The notes beneath the pieces were generated by a model. That model was not told the origin of the DNA, did no database searches, and saw only the letters and a program-made list of their open reading frames with translations. 32,000 nucleotides of DNA from Mesoplasma florum L1 (GTDB lineage Bacteria; Bacillota_I; Bacilli_A; Mycoplasmatales; Mycoplasmataceae), in NCBI RefSeq assembly GCF_000008305.1, contig NC_006055.1, positions 720,001 through 752,000 of the forward strand, given 5' to 3'. Positions within the stretch are counted from its first letter, which is position 1, and each line of letters begins with the position of its first letter. A program made the position numbers and the translations under genes. Below, one piece after another: positions 1 to 12,971 of this stretch.

Positions 1-1402
<1,402 letters not shown>

Positions 1403-1503
1403 ATTTTCACTTCCTTTATATTTTGATTTTCTCAAATATTTAAAATTTAGCATATTTTACGTATTAAATAAATTTAACTTTTATAAATAGAAAGTTGTTA
1501 ACA

Positions 1504-1523
1504 AAAATGCTATTATGCATTTT
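1504..1523 (-). terminator. Hairpin terminator AAAATGC/GCATTTT containing the ROK gene stop codon in its loop
   Basis: aaaatgc-tattat-gcatttt on the plus strand; minus-strand T-run follows. Confidence 0.5.
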
Positions 1524-2445
1524 GTTTTTCTTCAAGCTCGCAAAGTTTATAAAAAACTCCATAACATCCTGCATCATTATTTAATTTTGATTTTTCGACA
1601 ACATTAAAAACTGGATTTTTTGAAAATTTGCTATTAGCATCAAAATTTCGATGAAACTTAATCTTATCAATAACCATTTTCATAAACTGTTTATTTTCGC
1701 TTACACCACCACCAATAGTTAGCAAATCAAAATCCAATAATTGATGAAAGTTAATTATTGCTTTAGCAATTGATGATGTTCATTCATCAACTAGTTTACA
1801 CACAATTTGATCTTTTTCATTAAATTTAGTAAAAATGTACTTACCTGAAATATTTTCGTTTGAGTTAATGATTTTTTTGTATTTCATAATTAAAGTACCC
1901 AGACCTGTGTCCAACGCGTAAGCAGATTTATCATTTTTATCATTTATTGAGCTAAACATTCCTGAAGCTTGACCAGCCTCAAAATTGCTTCCTTTATAAA
2001 GTTTACTATTAATTATGATTCCGCATCCTAAAGCAGAACCAATTGTAATATGAATAAAATTTATTAATTTTGGATCATTTCTAAATTTAAATTCGCCAAA
2101 CGCAGCTGATTTGCCGTCATTTTCAATTTCAAAATTTTGCATATTATATAATTTTGAGAATTTTGCATTTATATCAAATTCAACATCACAAAATGCTGAT
2201 TCAGTTATTACTTTTTTCTTTTCTGAGTCTAAAACACCAGGAATTGAAATACCTAAGTCAAAATAGTCTTTTTCGTTTTTTAAATCATCCAATATTATAT
2301 CTAAAACTTTTTCTAGGGGAACTTGAAACCCTTTCTTTTCTAAATGGGTAAAGTAAAGAATATCTTTAAATTCTACTTTATCATCATTAAAAACTATTTT
2401 TTTAATTGATGAACCACCCAAATCGTAAGTAATTTTTTTATTCAT
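1513..2445 (-). CDS. ROK family protein (sugar kinase-like)
   Basis: Pieces 1513..1737 and 1780..2454 are in frame. MNKKITYDLGGSSIKKIVFN and the HITIGSALGCGIIINSKLYKG segment are ROK-like. ATG at 2445 preferred over the GTG at 2454. Confidence 0.85.
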
Positions 2446-3838
2446 TGTAATCACCGTTGTTTTTAATTAATTCTTTGTATCAATAGAAACTGTCTTTTCT
2501 TATTCTTTTCATATCTTTTAAATCAAATTCATCTCTATTGACATAAATAAATCCATATCTTTTTGATATTCCTTCATGAGTTGAAACTAAATCAATAGCA
2601 CTTCAAGGCATATATCCTATCATCTCAACGCCATCTTCAATAGCTAGTCCCATTTGATGAATATGTTTTTTATAATAATCTATTCTATAATCGTCATGTA
2701 CTTTTCCATCTTCAGTTAAAACATCTTTAGCACCAATTCCATTTTCAGTAACCATAATTGGTAACTGATATCTTTCTCAAACTTCTCTTAAAGTATTTCT
2801 AAAGCCAACAGGATCAATTTCTCATCCAAACTGAGTTTTTTGAAGATTAGGGTTTTTTACTGATTTTGCAAAACCTTTAAATGCAAATCCAGATTGCTGG
2901 TCATTGTTTGTTGCTCCATCATCTCCATTTGAACTGTTGATAGCTTCAACAGTTCCAGAAGAATAATAATTAATCGCAATAAAATCAGGTTTTGCTACTT
3001 TAAATAATTCCATTTCTTCTTCAGTTGTTTTAATTTGTTTATTATTTTCTTCCAAATACTTTAAGAATTTTTTACTATATGATCCTCTACATAAAATATC
3101 TAAGTAAACTCAGTTTCTCAATAAATCCATGTTTAACTTAGCCGTAAAATCTTCAGGTTTACATGAAGCTGGGTAGTTAACTGATATGTTGGGTGCTGGC
3201 CCTATTTTGACTCCTGGACACATTTCCCTACACATTAGAATAGCCTTAGCTTGAACAACGTTCATGTTATGCATTACTTGTCATTCATTTGAAGAAGACT
3301 TTTCTTTATTTGTATTTATGATTTGTGAAACTAAAACCATAACATTCAGTTCATTAACTGTTAATCAATATTTAACTTTTGAACCAAAATTTTTAAACAA
3401 AACTGAGCAATATCTTTCATAATGTTTATAAACATTTTTGCTTTCTAATCCACCATCATCTTCAACAAACATAGGAATATCAAAGTGAAAAATTGTAACT
3501 ACTGGCTCAATATTATTTTTAATTAGTTCATCTAATAAGTTATTATAAAAATCAATTCCTTCTTGATTTATATTACCTTCCTTATCTTTAATTATTCTTG
3601 GTCATGAAATAGAAAATCTGTATGACTTAAATCCCATTTCTGCCATAAGAGCTACATCTTCTTTTCAATGGTTATAGTGATCAGCTGCAACACTAAAATC
3701 TGTTATTTCTTTGTTTGCGTGTTTTTTTGATGAAGGGTCCATTGATGATGGCACTTTGCCGCCTTGATATATACCCCCTTCTACTTGATAGGCGCTTGTA
3801 GCTGCACCCCATAAAAAATCTTTTGGAAATTTATTCAT
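2438..3838 (-). CDS. 6-phospho-beta-glucosidase, glycoside hydrolase family 1 (second copy)
   Basis: MNKFPKDFLWGAAATSAYQVEGG; RFSISWPRI; YWLTVNELNVM; IGYTENGIG; C-terminus KDSFYWYKE. 466 aa after joining across TGA. Its stop overlaps the start of the ROK gene by 8 nt. Confidence 0.93.
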
Positions 3839-3906
3839 ATAATTCCCTCCTTATATTTTTATTTTATGCTTTGCATTTTTAATATGCCCTGATAAATAAG
3901 GCATTA

Positions 3907-3937
3907 AAAAAAACTTTCCTATTTAGAAAGTTTTTTT
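3907..3937 (-). terminator. Hairpin terminator overlapping the end of the RpiR-family gene
   Basis: aaaaaaactttc...gaaagttttttt inverted repeat; the TAG stop (3919-3921) sits in the loop. Confidence 0.65.
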
Positions 3938-4662
3938 AACTCGTTTAATACCTCGATAAAAAGCATTTGAATTGCTATGTTTCTTATTAAAAATGATGCA
4001 CTATCATGATTAATATCTAAACAAATTGTATTGAAATTAAATTTCTTAAGTTTTTCCTCAGAAAATTGAGATGTTATTAAAAAACTTTTCTCTTTTTTAA
4101 AATTTTCAAGCATTTCAAACTCAACTTGATCAACCAAACTTTCTGTGTCAAGTCCACCAAACAAAATTATGTTGATCGATTGCTTTTTCTTTTTTATATT
4201 TTTCATGAATATATATTGTGTTTCAAAAATAATTGGCGTGATTTCACCTTCAAGTAATAATTCGTAAATAAAGTTTGAAGCAATTCTAAATTGATAAGAA
4301 CTGTATATATAAACATTCTTTTCAGCTGCAATAGAAGTAGCAATTAATTTTATAGTATCTTTTTTGGAAATTAATCAATCATTAATATCACGTAAAAAAT
4401 TTTTCATATTTCCTATTTCATTTATTTCATTAAGTTTATTTTGTTTCTTTAAATCAAATACTAGCTCTTTATATCCTGAAAAACCCAAACTTTTTGAAAA
4501 CTTTGTAATTGTTGATTCACTTACAAATGATTTTTCAGAAAGTTCTTTTTGTTTAAGGAACTTTCCTTGTCTAGCACTATTTAATATTTCGGTTGCTATT
4601 ATTTGATTTGTTGTATTAGTAAAATTTTTATGCTGTGTTTTTAATTTTTCATATATGTTCAT
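3919..4662 (-). CDS. RpiR/MurR family transcriptional regulator
   Basis: Pieces 3919..4206 and 4375..4662 are in frame. N-terminal HTH GKFLKQKELSEKSFVSESTITKFSKSLGFSGYKEL; 247 aa. Confidence 0.88.
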
Positions 4663-4697
4663 CGATTTACCTCTTTAAAAAGATTTTACAATAAAAA

Positions 4698-4716
4698 AGT
4701 AAACATTGAGTTTACT
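4698..4716 (-). terminator. Terminator downstream of the PTS gene
   Basis: agtaaac-attga-gtttact stem with a minus-strand T-run. Confidence 0.6.
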
Positions 4717-4727
4717 CTTATATTTTA

Positions 4728-7352
4728 TTAAATCGTTTTAACCGCTTTTTTATTTTTCTTTAAACTTTTTGTAAGTTGTTTTAGAGAAATATTTATGTTT
4801 TTAGGGTTTTCAAAGTCATATGCAATTTTTAATGAATTTAAATCGTTTCAATAGTTATTTTTAATTTCAACTATTTCTTCTTTTAAATTATATTGTTTAC
4901 TGATTTGTGATAATAAATTATCAATTTCTTTTTGTTTAGGTTCAATTATTTTATCAAGTGTTTTGAAATCAATTTTTGCTTTCAATTCATCACGCTCAAT
5001 TTTTAATTTATCTATTTTTGCTTTATAAGAAAGGCTATTAAATTCATTAACTAATTTTTTTGAAGTTTGTAAATCATTTTTACTTATTGCTTTTTTACCT
5101 TTTTTATAAATTTGTTGCTCATGTTTATATTCATTTTCAGTTAGTGTTTCAATTTTTGAATCAACAGAAACAACTTTTTGAATTTGTTTTTCAATTTTTT
5201 TAATTTGTTTAACTGTGTCTTTATTTACAACAGCTTTCATTTCTTTAATTTGAGATTTTAAAATTTGAATTTCTTCGTCTGTTAAATTATCTTTAACTTT
5301 AATGAATTTTAACAAAGCATTTGCTGATTTAGAAATAGATGATTTTTCATTTGGTCTTTCAATATAAATTAGTAAACTAAATACAGTTCCTAAAGCTAAT
5401 GCTATAGCGGCACCTGAAATATATAAAAGTCCGTTTGAAATGTTTGATAATTCAGCTGTTCCACCCATTGTTGGTGAAGAAAAGAAACCAATAAATTCAA
5501 ATATTCCAAATCCTGTTCCGGCTCTTGCTGTTACACCAACGGCATTACAATAAGCTCCAGCGAAGAATGCAGCTATACATCCTGCTATTAAAGGACGTTT
5601 TTTAGGTAAGCTTATACCATATAAAATAGGTTCAGTAATTCCTAAACATCCTGCAGGCAACATATGAATTGCATCTTTTTTAAGTTTTGAATTTTGTGTT
5701 ACTAAAATAACACCCACTAAAGCTCCAACTTGAGCTCAAACAGAAATACCCATTATCATGAATATACCTGCTCCACCTCTTTGAATACTATCTAAAATAC
5801 CTACAATTATAAGCCCCATGTGAATTCCAAAAATTACAGCAACTTGTCATATTCCAATATAGAAACCTACCCCAATTCCTAATGGAGCTTGACCAATTCA
5901 ATACATTAGTGTTCCAGCTAATGTTTCAATAACATTTCATACTGGTAATAATATGAAAAATGAAGTTGGAACTATTACCATAACTAATAAGAAAGGTCTA
6001 AACATTAATTCTAATGAAATTGGAATTCATGTTTTAATTCAATCATTTAAATATTTGGCAGCTATTGTAGCCCCAATAACGACAAACATTTTATTAGTCA
6101 TTGCAGCTATCTTAACTTTAGATATTCCATCTAAAACAGGGTTACCTGTGTTTAAATCTCCGAAGTCAATAACTATTCATTCATGACCCATTCCACCTGA
6201 ACCACCATCTAAGAACATTAATGGAGTTGATAAGATCAATGCAATTGATGCGGCTATAATAACATCAAATTTAAAGTACTGAGCTGTACTTATTGCAATA
6301 GCTATTGTTCCAAAAACTGTTGTTGTTTTTGCCATAATAAATAATATAATTCATCCAATAGCTGCATCTTTTAGTAAGACCTGATTGCCACTCGCTTGCG
6401 CTGTAATAACAATATCGGGCATAACATTTATTTGAACTAAAATACCCACAATGGCTTGAACAATAGCACACCCTACTAATACTGGTATAGTTTTTACCAT
6501 TATTGAAGCAAACATTCTTATAAATTGTGCTCCCCTGCTTTGTTTCTCATTATTTTCATTTGTTTGAGAAGCAACTACTGAATTAGCAAATTCATTTTGA
6601 GCTATAACTTCATCTTTTAATTTATATACATCTTGTCCAATTACAACTTGCAATTCATCACCTTGTCAAATTGTACTTTTAACTAGTGACAAAGTTCTTA
6701 TTTTTTCTTCATTAACAATTTCTTTATCTTTAACCAAAAATCTCAAACGTGTCATACAATTATAAACGTCTCTATAATTTTTTGGTCCTCCAACAAGTTC
6801 ATTAAGAATTCTTGCTTCTTTTTGATATTTATTTTCAGCATTAAAAAATTCTTCAAAATCTTTATTAGTCATTTTATTTGGATCTGCTTTTACAATTTGT
6901 TCTTCTAGTACTTTTATTGTACAAATAAGATCTCCTTGCTTAAAATTACCTTTTACAGAATTTAAAATTTCAATTGGTTGATCAAAAACAATTGGAGTTT
7001 CTGTTGAAATTTTTTCTGCATTCACCATTTTTAAATCAACTTCAAAAATTTCATCACCTAATCTTATTTTTTTGTCAATTTCTAAATTTGTTTTAAAAGG
7101 TTTACCACCTAATTTAACAGTATCTAACCCACAGTGAATTAAAACGTTTATACCTTCAATATCAAAACCATATGCATGTTTTGTTTCGAAAATCATTATT
7201 GTTTTAGCTTCTAAAAATGGTGAATAAAACTTATTTTTCTTTGGGATAATTAATAAACCATCACCAAGTAATTTTTTAGAAAAAGTTTCATCACTACATT
7301 CACTTAAAGATTTAACTTCACAGTCCACTGGAGCATAAATTTTTATTTCCAT
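4728..7352 (-). CDS. PTS beta-glucoside-type transporter, fused EIIA-EIIB-EIIC with a charged C-terminal extension
   Basis: Pieces 4848..5717, 6351..6653 and 6666..7352 share one frame (874 aa). EIIA motif NVLIHCGLDTVKLGGKPF; EIIB motif YNCMTRLRF; hydrophobic EIIC; then about 200 charged residues. Confidence 0.9.
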
Positions 7353-7484
7353 ATTTTTTATTCCTTTCTAGAATATTTTCCAATATAAACTCAAAAATAA
7401 CTTGTTTTTGTATAAAACTTACATTAAATTTCTTTTTTGGAAAGTTTTTAGTTTTTAGAAATAAAAAATAATACTAATCAATAA

Positions 7485-7513
7485 AAAACACCAGTTTATT
7501 CAACTGGTGTTTT
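7485..7513 (-). terminator. Hairpin terminator overlapping the 3' end of the small membrane protein gene
   Basis: AAAACACCAGTT-tattc-AACTGGTGTTTT, perfect 12-bp stem, minus-strand T-run. Confidence 0.85.
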
Positions 7514-7855
7514 ATTTTCTAATTTTATTTTATCTTGTTCATCTGTTAACATTACTGAAGCTACTATAAATAGAATACCAGATACTAAATTAACAAATAA
7601 TAGTGTACATACTGATAAAGCTATATGAGTTACTTCTTCCTCTGTTCCAATTTGTTTATATGCTTTATTTGCTGCTAAAGTCATTGGTATAGTTCAAACT
7701 AAAGGAACTAAGAATATAACCAATAAGACTACTCCAACTATCGGATTAGCTGTAATTCCAATTAATCCGTATATTAAAGCAATTAAGACAGCAAATCCCA
7801 TATATACAATATTTAAAATTATTCCTATTAAATATAATGATTTTCTTGTTTGCAT
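7496..7855 (-). CDS. Small hypothetical membrane protein (119 aa)
   Basis: ORF 7496..7684 extends across TGA to ATG 7855 (MQTRKSLYLIGIILNIVYMGFAVLIALIYGL...); several hydrophobic segments. Confidence 0.75.
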
Positions 7856-7886
7856 TTTTCCACCTTTTCTTTTCTAATGATAACAA

Positions 7887-7912
7887 AAAAAATTGCCGTT
7901 AAGCAATTTTTT
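7887..7912 (-). terminator. Terminator downstream of tuf
   Basis: aaaaaattgc-cgttaa-gcaatttttt, then 8 T on the minus strand. Confidence 0.85.
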
Positions 7913-7921
7913 GTTTTGGTA

Positions 7922-9106
7922 TTATTGAACTGAAATAACTGTTCCAGCACCAATAGTTCTTCCACCTTCACGGATTGAGAATTTTGTTCCATCTTCAACG
8001 GCAATTGGTTTAATTAATTCAACTGTCATTTCAACGTTATCTCCAGGCATAACCATGTCTGTTCCTGCAGGTAAGATTACTTCACCAGTAACATCAGTTG
8101 TACGGAAGTAGAATTGAGGACGGTATTTGTTAAAGAATGGTTTTTGACGTCCACCTTCTTCAGTAGTTAAAGCATAAACTGATGCTTGTAATTTAGTATG
8201 AGGTTTAATAGTTCCAGGTTTAGCTAAAACTTGTCCACGTTCAATACTTTCTCTATCAACACCACGTAGTAATGCTCCAACGTTGTCTCCAGCTTCAGCA
8301 AAATCTAATAATTTTCTGAACATTTCTAATCCAGTAACAACAGTTTTTTTAGCTTCTTCAACTAATCCAACGATTTCAACTTCTTCGTTAACTTTAATTG
8401 TTCCACGTTCAACACGTCCTGTAGCAACAGTTCCACGTCCTGTAATTGTGAAAACGTCTTCAACAGGCATTAAGAATGTTTTATCTGAATCACGAGTTGG
8501 AGTTGGGATGTATTCATCAACTGCAGCCATTAATTCTTCAATAGCAGCAACTCATTTAGCTTCTCCGTTTAAAGCTCCTAAAGCTGATCCACGGATAACT
8601 GGTGCTCCGTCTCCATCGAAGTCGTAAGCTGATAATAAGTCTCTAACTTCCATTTCAACTAAGTCGATCATTTCTTCATCATCAACCATGTCACATTTGT
8701 TTAAGAAAACAACAATTTTTGGAACTCCAACTTGTCTTGATAATAAGATGTGTTCACGAGTTTGAGGCATAGGTCCATCAGTTGCAGCAACAACTAAGAT
8801 CCCACCATCCATTTGAGCAGCACCTGTAATCATGTTTTTAACATAATCGGCGTGTCCTGGACAGTCTACGTGTGCGTAGTGTCTGTTTTCTGTTTTATAT
8901 TCAACGTGTGAAGTATTAATTGTAATTCCACGTTCTCTTTCTTCTGGAGCGTTATCGATATTTGCGTAATCTTTAAATTCTGCTCCACCTTTATCTGCTA
9001 AAACTTTAGTAATAGCAGCAGTTAATGTAGTTTTACCGTGGTCAACGTGTCCAATAGTACCAATGTTAACGTGAGGTAAACTACGGTCAAAAGCTTCTTT
9101 TGCCAT
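7922..9106 (-). CDS. tuf: Elongation factor Tu
   Basis: [33 protein letters not shown]... ; 394 aa after joining 8552..9106 with 7922..8530 across TGA. Confidence 0.99.
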
Positions 9107-9166
9107 TTTTGTATTTCTCCTTTATTTATATCTAGCGATATTAGATTTACTTTCTAGTATCTTTAC

Positions 9167-9182
9167 CGCCCCCGTAGGGGCG
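9167..9182 (-). other. GC-rich stem-loop in the tuf 5' leader
   Basis: CGCCCC-CGTA-GGGGCG, a conspicuous GC patch in an AT-rich intergenic region. Confidence 0.6.
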
Positions 9183-9207
9183 TTGTTTATTCTTATTAAT
9201 TAAGAAT

Positions 9208-9236
9208 ATTTTAACTTTTTACATCAATAAGTGCAA
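9208..9236 (-). promoter_or_regulatory. Candidate tuf promoter
   Basis: Minus strand TTGCAC-17 nt-TAAAAT (-35 at 9231-9236, -10 at 9208-9213). Confidence 0.5.
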
Positions 9237-9246
9237 TTATAAATTA

Positions 9247-11316
9247 CTACTTACCTGATTTTTTAATAATTTCTTCTGCAATAGATCTAGGTGCTTCAGC
9301 ATAGTGACTGAAAATCATAGTGTAGTTTCCACGTCCTTGTGTGAATGATCTTAATTCTGTTGCATAACCAAACATTTCTGTTAGAGGAACTTTAGATTTA
9401 ATTGTTTGTGCGTTTCCTCTTTGTTCTGATCCTTCGATTAATCCACGTTTTGATGAAATGTTACCCATTACATCTCCATAGTATTCATCCGGAACAGTTA
9501 CTTCAACGTTCATGATTGGTTCTAAGATAACTGGATTCATTTTTTTACATGCTTCTTTTAAAGCAAATGATGCAGCGATTTTATAAGCCATTTCGTTTGA
9601 GTCAACGTCGTGCATTGATCCATCAACGATTGTTGCTTTAACATCGATCATTGGGTATCCAGCAACAACCCCGTTTGTAAGTGCGTTTTCTAAACCAACA
9701 CGTGCAGCATTGATGTATTCTTTAGAAACACGTCCTCCAGTAATTTTGTCAACTCATTCAAACCCTTTATCAACGTTTGGTTCGAATTCAATAACAACGT
9801 GACCATATGACCCACGTCCTCCTGATTGTTTAACATATTTACCTTCAGCTTTTGCTGGTAATTTAATTGTTTCACGGTATGATACTTGAGGTGCTCCAAC
9901 ATTTGTTTCAACTTTGAATTCACGTCTCATACGGTCAACAATAATATCTAAGTGTAATTCACCCATACCAGCAATAATAGTTTGTCCAGTTTCTTCATCA
10001 GTATATGTTCTGAAAGTTGGATCTTCTTCTGCTAATTTTGATAATGCTAATCCCATTTTTTCTTGATCCGCTTTAGTTTTTGGTTCTAAAGCTAATTGGA
10101 TAACTGGTTCTGGGAATACCATTGATTCTAAAATAATTTCATGTTTTTCATCAACTAAAGTATCACCTGTTGTAGTATTTTTTAATCCAACAGCAGCTGC
10201 AATATCTCCAGCATAAACTTCTTCAATTTCGTTACGGTTGTTTGCGTGCATTTGTAAAATACGTCCTACACGTTCTTTATCACCTTTTGTTGAGTTCAAT
10301 ACATAACTTCCTTTTGTAAGAATACCTGAGTAAACTCTAAAGAATGTTAATTTACCAACGAATGGGTCAGTCATAACTTTGAAAGCTAAAGCTGAGAATG
10401 GTTCATTGTCATCTGCATGTCTTTCTGCTTCTTCACCATTTGGTAAAACACCTTTAATTGAAGGAACGTCTAATGGTGAAGGTAAATAATCAACAACTGC
10501 GTCTAATAATAATTTAACACCTTTGTTTTTGAAAGCTGATCCAGCTAAAACTGGGAAGAATTCTGCACCAATAACCCCTTTACGGATTGCTTGTTTTAAT
10601 TCAGGAATAGTGATTTCTTCACCATCTAAGAATTTCATCATTAATTCTTCATCGTATTCAACAGCGGCTTCAACTAATTCGCTTCTTAAAATTTCTGCTT
10701 GATCTTTTAAATCTGCAGGAATTTCAATTTCTTTAGCAATTTCTTCAGCTTTTCCGTCAAATTCGTAAGCTTTCATTTCAACTAAATCGATTATTCCTGT
10801 GAAGTTATCTTCAGCACCGATTGGTAATTGAATTGGAGCAGCTTTGGCTCCTAAACGATCCCCGATTGATTTAACTGAATAGATGAAATCTGCTCCAGTT
10901 TTATCCATTTTGTTAACAAAAACAATACGAGGAACTCTATAAGTAGTTGCTTGTCTTCAAACAGTTTCAGTTTGAGGTTCAACTCCTGATTGTCCATCAA
11001 GAACTGCTACAGCTCCATCAAGAACACGTAATGAACGTTCAACTTCAACAGTGAAGTCAACGTGACCTGGAGTATCAATTATGTTGAAACGGTTATTTTT
11101 TCAGAATGCAGTTGTTGCAGCTGAAGTAATTGTAATACCACGTTCTTGCTCTTGTGCCATTCAGTCCATTTGTGAAGCCCCTTCATGAGTTTCACCAATT
11201 TTATGAATTTTACCTGTGTGGAATAAAATACGTTCTGTTGTAGTAGTTTTCCCAGCATCAATGTGAGCCATAATTCCAAGGTTACGAGTATTTTCTAAAC
11301 TAAATTCTCTTGGCAT
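9247..11316 (-). CDS. fusA: Elongation factor G
   Basis: [32 protein letters not shown]...; three ORF pieces in one frame, 689 aa. Confidence 0.99.
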
Positions 11317-11353
11317 AATTTTGCCCCCTATCTAAATAAAATATTTGTTGATC

Positions 11354-11821
11354 TTATCAACGGTAGTGTGCAAATGCTTTATTAGCTTCTGCCATTTTAT
11401 GTGTATCTTCACGTTTTTTAACTGATCCACCCATGTTGTTTGATGCATCAATAATTTCGTTAGCTAACTTAACAGTCATAACTTTTTCATTTCTTAATCT
11501 TGCATAGTTAATTAATCAACGTAAAGCTAATGTAACTTGTCTTTCATCTGAAACTTCAACTGGCACTTGGTAGTTAGCTCCCCCAATACGACGAACTTTT
11601 AATTCTAAGTGCGGTTTGATGTTTTCAATAGCTTTGTTAAAAATTTCAATTGGCTCTTCACCAGTTTTTTCTTTGATAATGTCAAATGCATCATAAATAA
11701 TTGTTTGAGCTGTTCCTCTCTTACCATCTAACATAATTTTGTTGATAGCACGAGTAACTAATTTTGAGTTATAAATTGGATCTGCTAAAACATCTCTTTT
11801 TTCTGCTCTATTTTTACGCAT
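11354..11821 (-). CDS. rpsG: 30S ribosomal protein S7
   Basis: [22 protein letters not shown]...; the final FAHYRW needs TGA=Trp, with TAA at 11354-11356; 155 aa. Confidence 0.98.
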
Positions 11822-11901
11822 AGTTTTGACTCCTTTCTTGATTTTCTATTTTGTGATACTTATTTGTGGTTCATTTCACGGTTCTTCTAAATTTAATTAG
11901 A

Positions 11902-12315
11902 CTATTTTTTAGGTCTTTTCGCTCCATATAAAGAACGAGATTGTTTACGGTTGTTAACTGCTTGAGTATCTAATGTTCCACGAATAATGTGGTAACGTAC
12001 CCCTGGTAAGTCTTTTACACGTCCCCCACGAATTAAAACAACTGAGTGTTCTTGAAGGTTATGTCCTTCTCCTGGGATATATGCATTAACTTCCATTCCG
12101 TTTGTTAATCTAACACGAGCGTATTTACGTAACGCAGAGTTGGGTTTTTTAGGTGTCATTGTAGCAACACGAGTACATACTCCTCTTTTTTGAGGTGCAG
12201 AAACTTTAGTTACTTTCTTTTTCAATGAGTTTACCCCTCTGTTTAAAGCAGGCGCTTTAGTTTTTCAAGTTTTAGCTTTACGGTTTGTTTTAACTAATTG
12301 ATTGATTGTTGGCAT
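11902..12315 (-). CDS. rpsL: 30S ribosomal protein S12
   Basis: [50 protein letters not shown]...; 137 aa. Confidence 0.98.
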
Positions 12316-12364
12316 TGTATTTCCTCCTTTCACAATTCCGTGTGTGTTGAACTCACATAAATAA

Positions 12365-12393
12365 ATTATACACTTAATTGATTAAAAGTTCAA
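12365..12393 (-). promoter_or_regulatory. Candidate promoter of the rpsL-rpsG-fusA operon
   Basis: Minus strand TTGAAC-17 nt-TATAAT (-35 at 12388-12393, -10 at 12365-12370). Confidence 0.7.
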
Positions 12394-12417
12394 ACTTATA
12401 TCAACAAGTGTATATTT

Positions 12418-12963
12418 TTATATTAAATTTATTATTTCCACTAACGTTGAAATGATTTCAAAATTGTTTTTTAGGTCTAAGTTTAATTTTGTTTTATTTG
12501 TTGAACTTATTAAATTCAACAATGAAGTTAACACTTCAGATTTTTCTAATAAACTAAATTGTTTTTCTTTTTGCTTTGTATTTTTTATAAAAAGCGGTAG
12601 CTCCTCATTTGAAGTTAAAATAAAATCTTTATTTTCTTTATAAGCAACAATAAAAATTTTTTCAAAACTTTCATTTATAAAATTTTTCATATTTTCAAAA
12701 TCTTTAAAATATGCTGATAATGCTTTCTTATAAAAAAGCAGATCGTCTTCCAAATTTTTTAATATTTCTTTAAATGCAATTAAATTATGATTTTTACATT
12801 GTTTTACTATTTTTATTAGTTCTTGTAGCTGTGCTATATTTTCAATTCTTAAGTTAATTGACTTAAATTTCTTAAAATCATCATCAAACAAAAATGCATC
12901 TAGCATCTTAAAGCCTTGGTAAGATTTATTAATTTTATTAAATACTACTTTTTCTATATTCAT
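12418..12963 (-). CDS. Hypothetical protein (181 aa)
   Basis: Uninterrupted ORF directly downstream of the cardiolipin synthase gene (8-nt gap). Confidence 0.7.
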   Translation of the reverse strand: MNIEKVVFNKINKSYQGFKMLDAFLFDDDFKKFKSINLRIENIAQLQELIKIVKQCKNHNLIAFKEILKNLEDDLLFYKKALSAYFKDFENMKNFINESFEKIFIVAYKENKDFILTSNEELPLFIKNTKQKEKQFSLLEKSEVLTSLLNLISSTNKTKLNLDLKNNFEIISTLVEIINLI

Positions 12964-12971
12964 AAAACTCC

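Noticed and set aside
4728-5340. A separate coiled-coil gene fused by accident to the PTS gene
   Set aside because: No stop codon and no plausible RBS/start separates it from the EIIC part. It is best treated as a C-terminal extension of one protein.
6271-6471. Minus-strand ORF MCYCSSHCGYF... (and similarly 9690..9923, 11079..11279, 14353..14541, 29973..30206)
   Set aside because: Alternative frames inside the PTS, fusA, cls and fba genes. The composition is typical of out-of-frame translation.
7353-7440. BglG/LicT-type ribonucleic antiterminator (RAT) upstream of the PTS gene
   Set aside because: No GGATTGTTACTG/GGCAAAACC-like element and no BglG-family gene nearby. Regulation by the adjacent RpiR protein is more likely.
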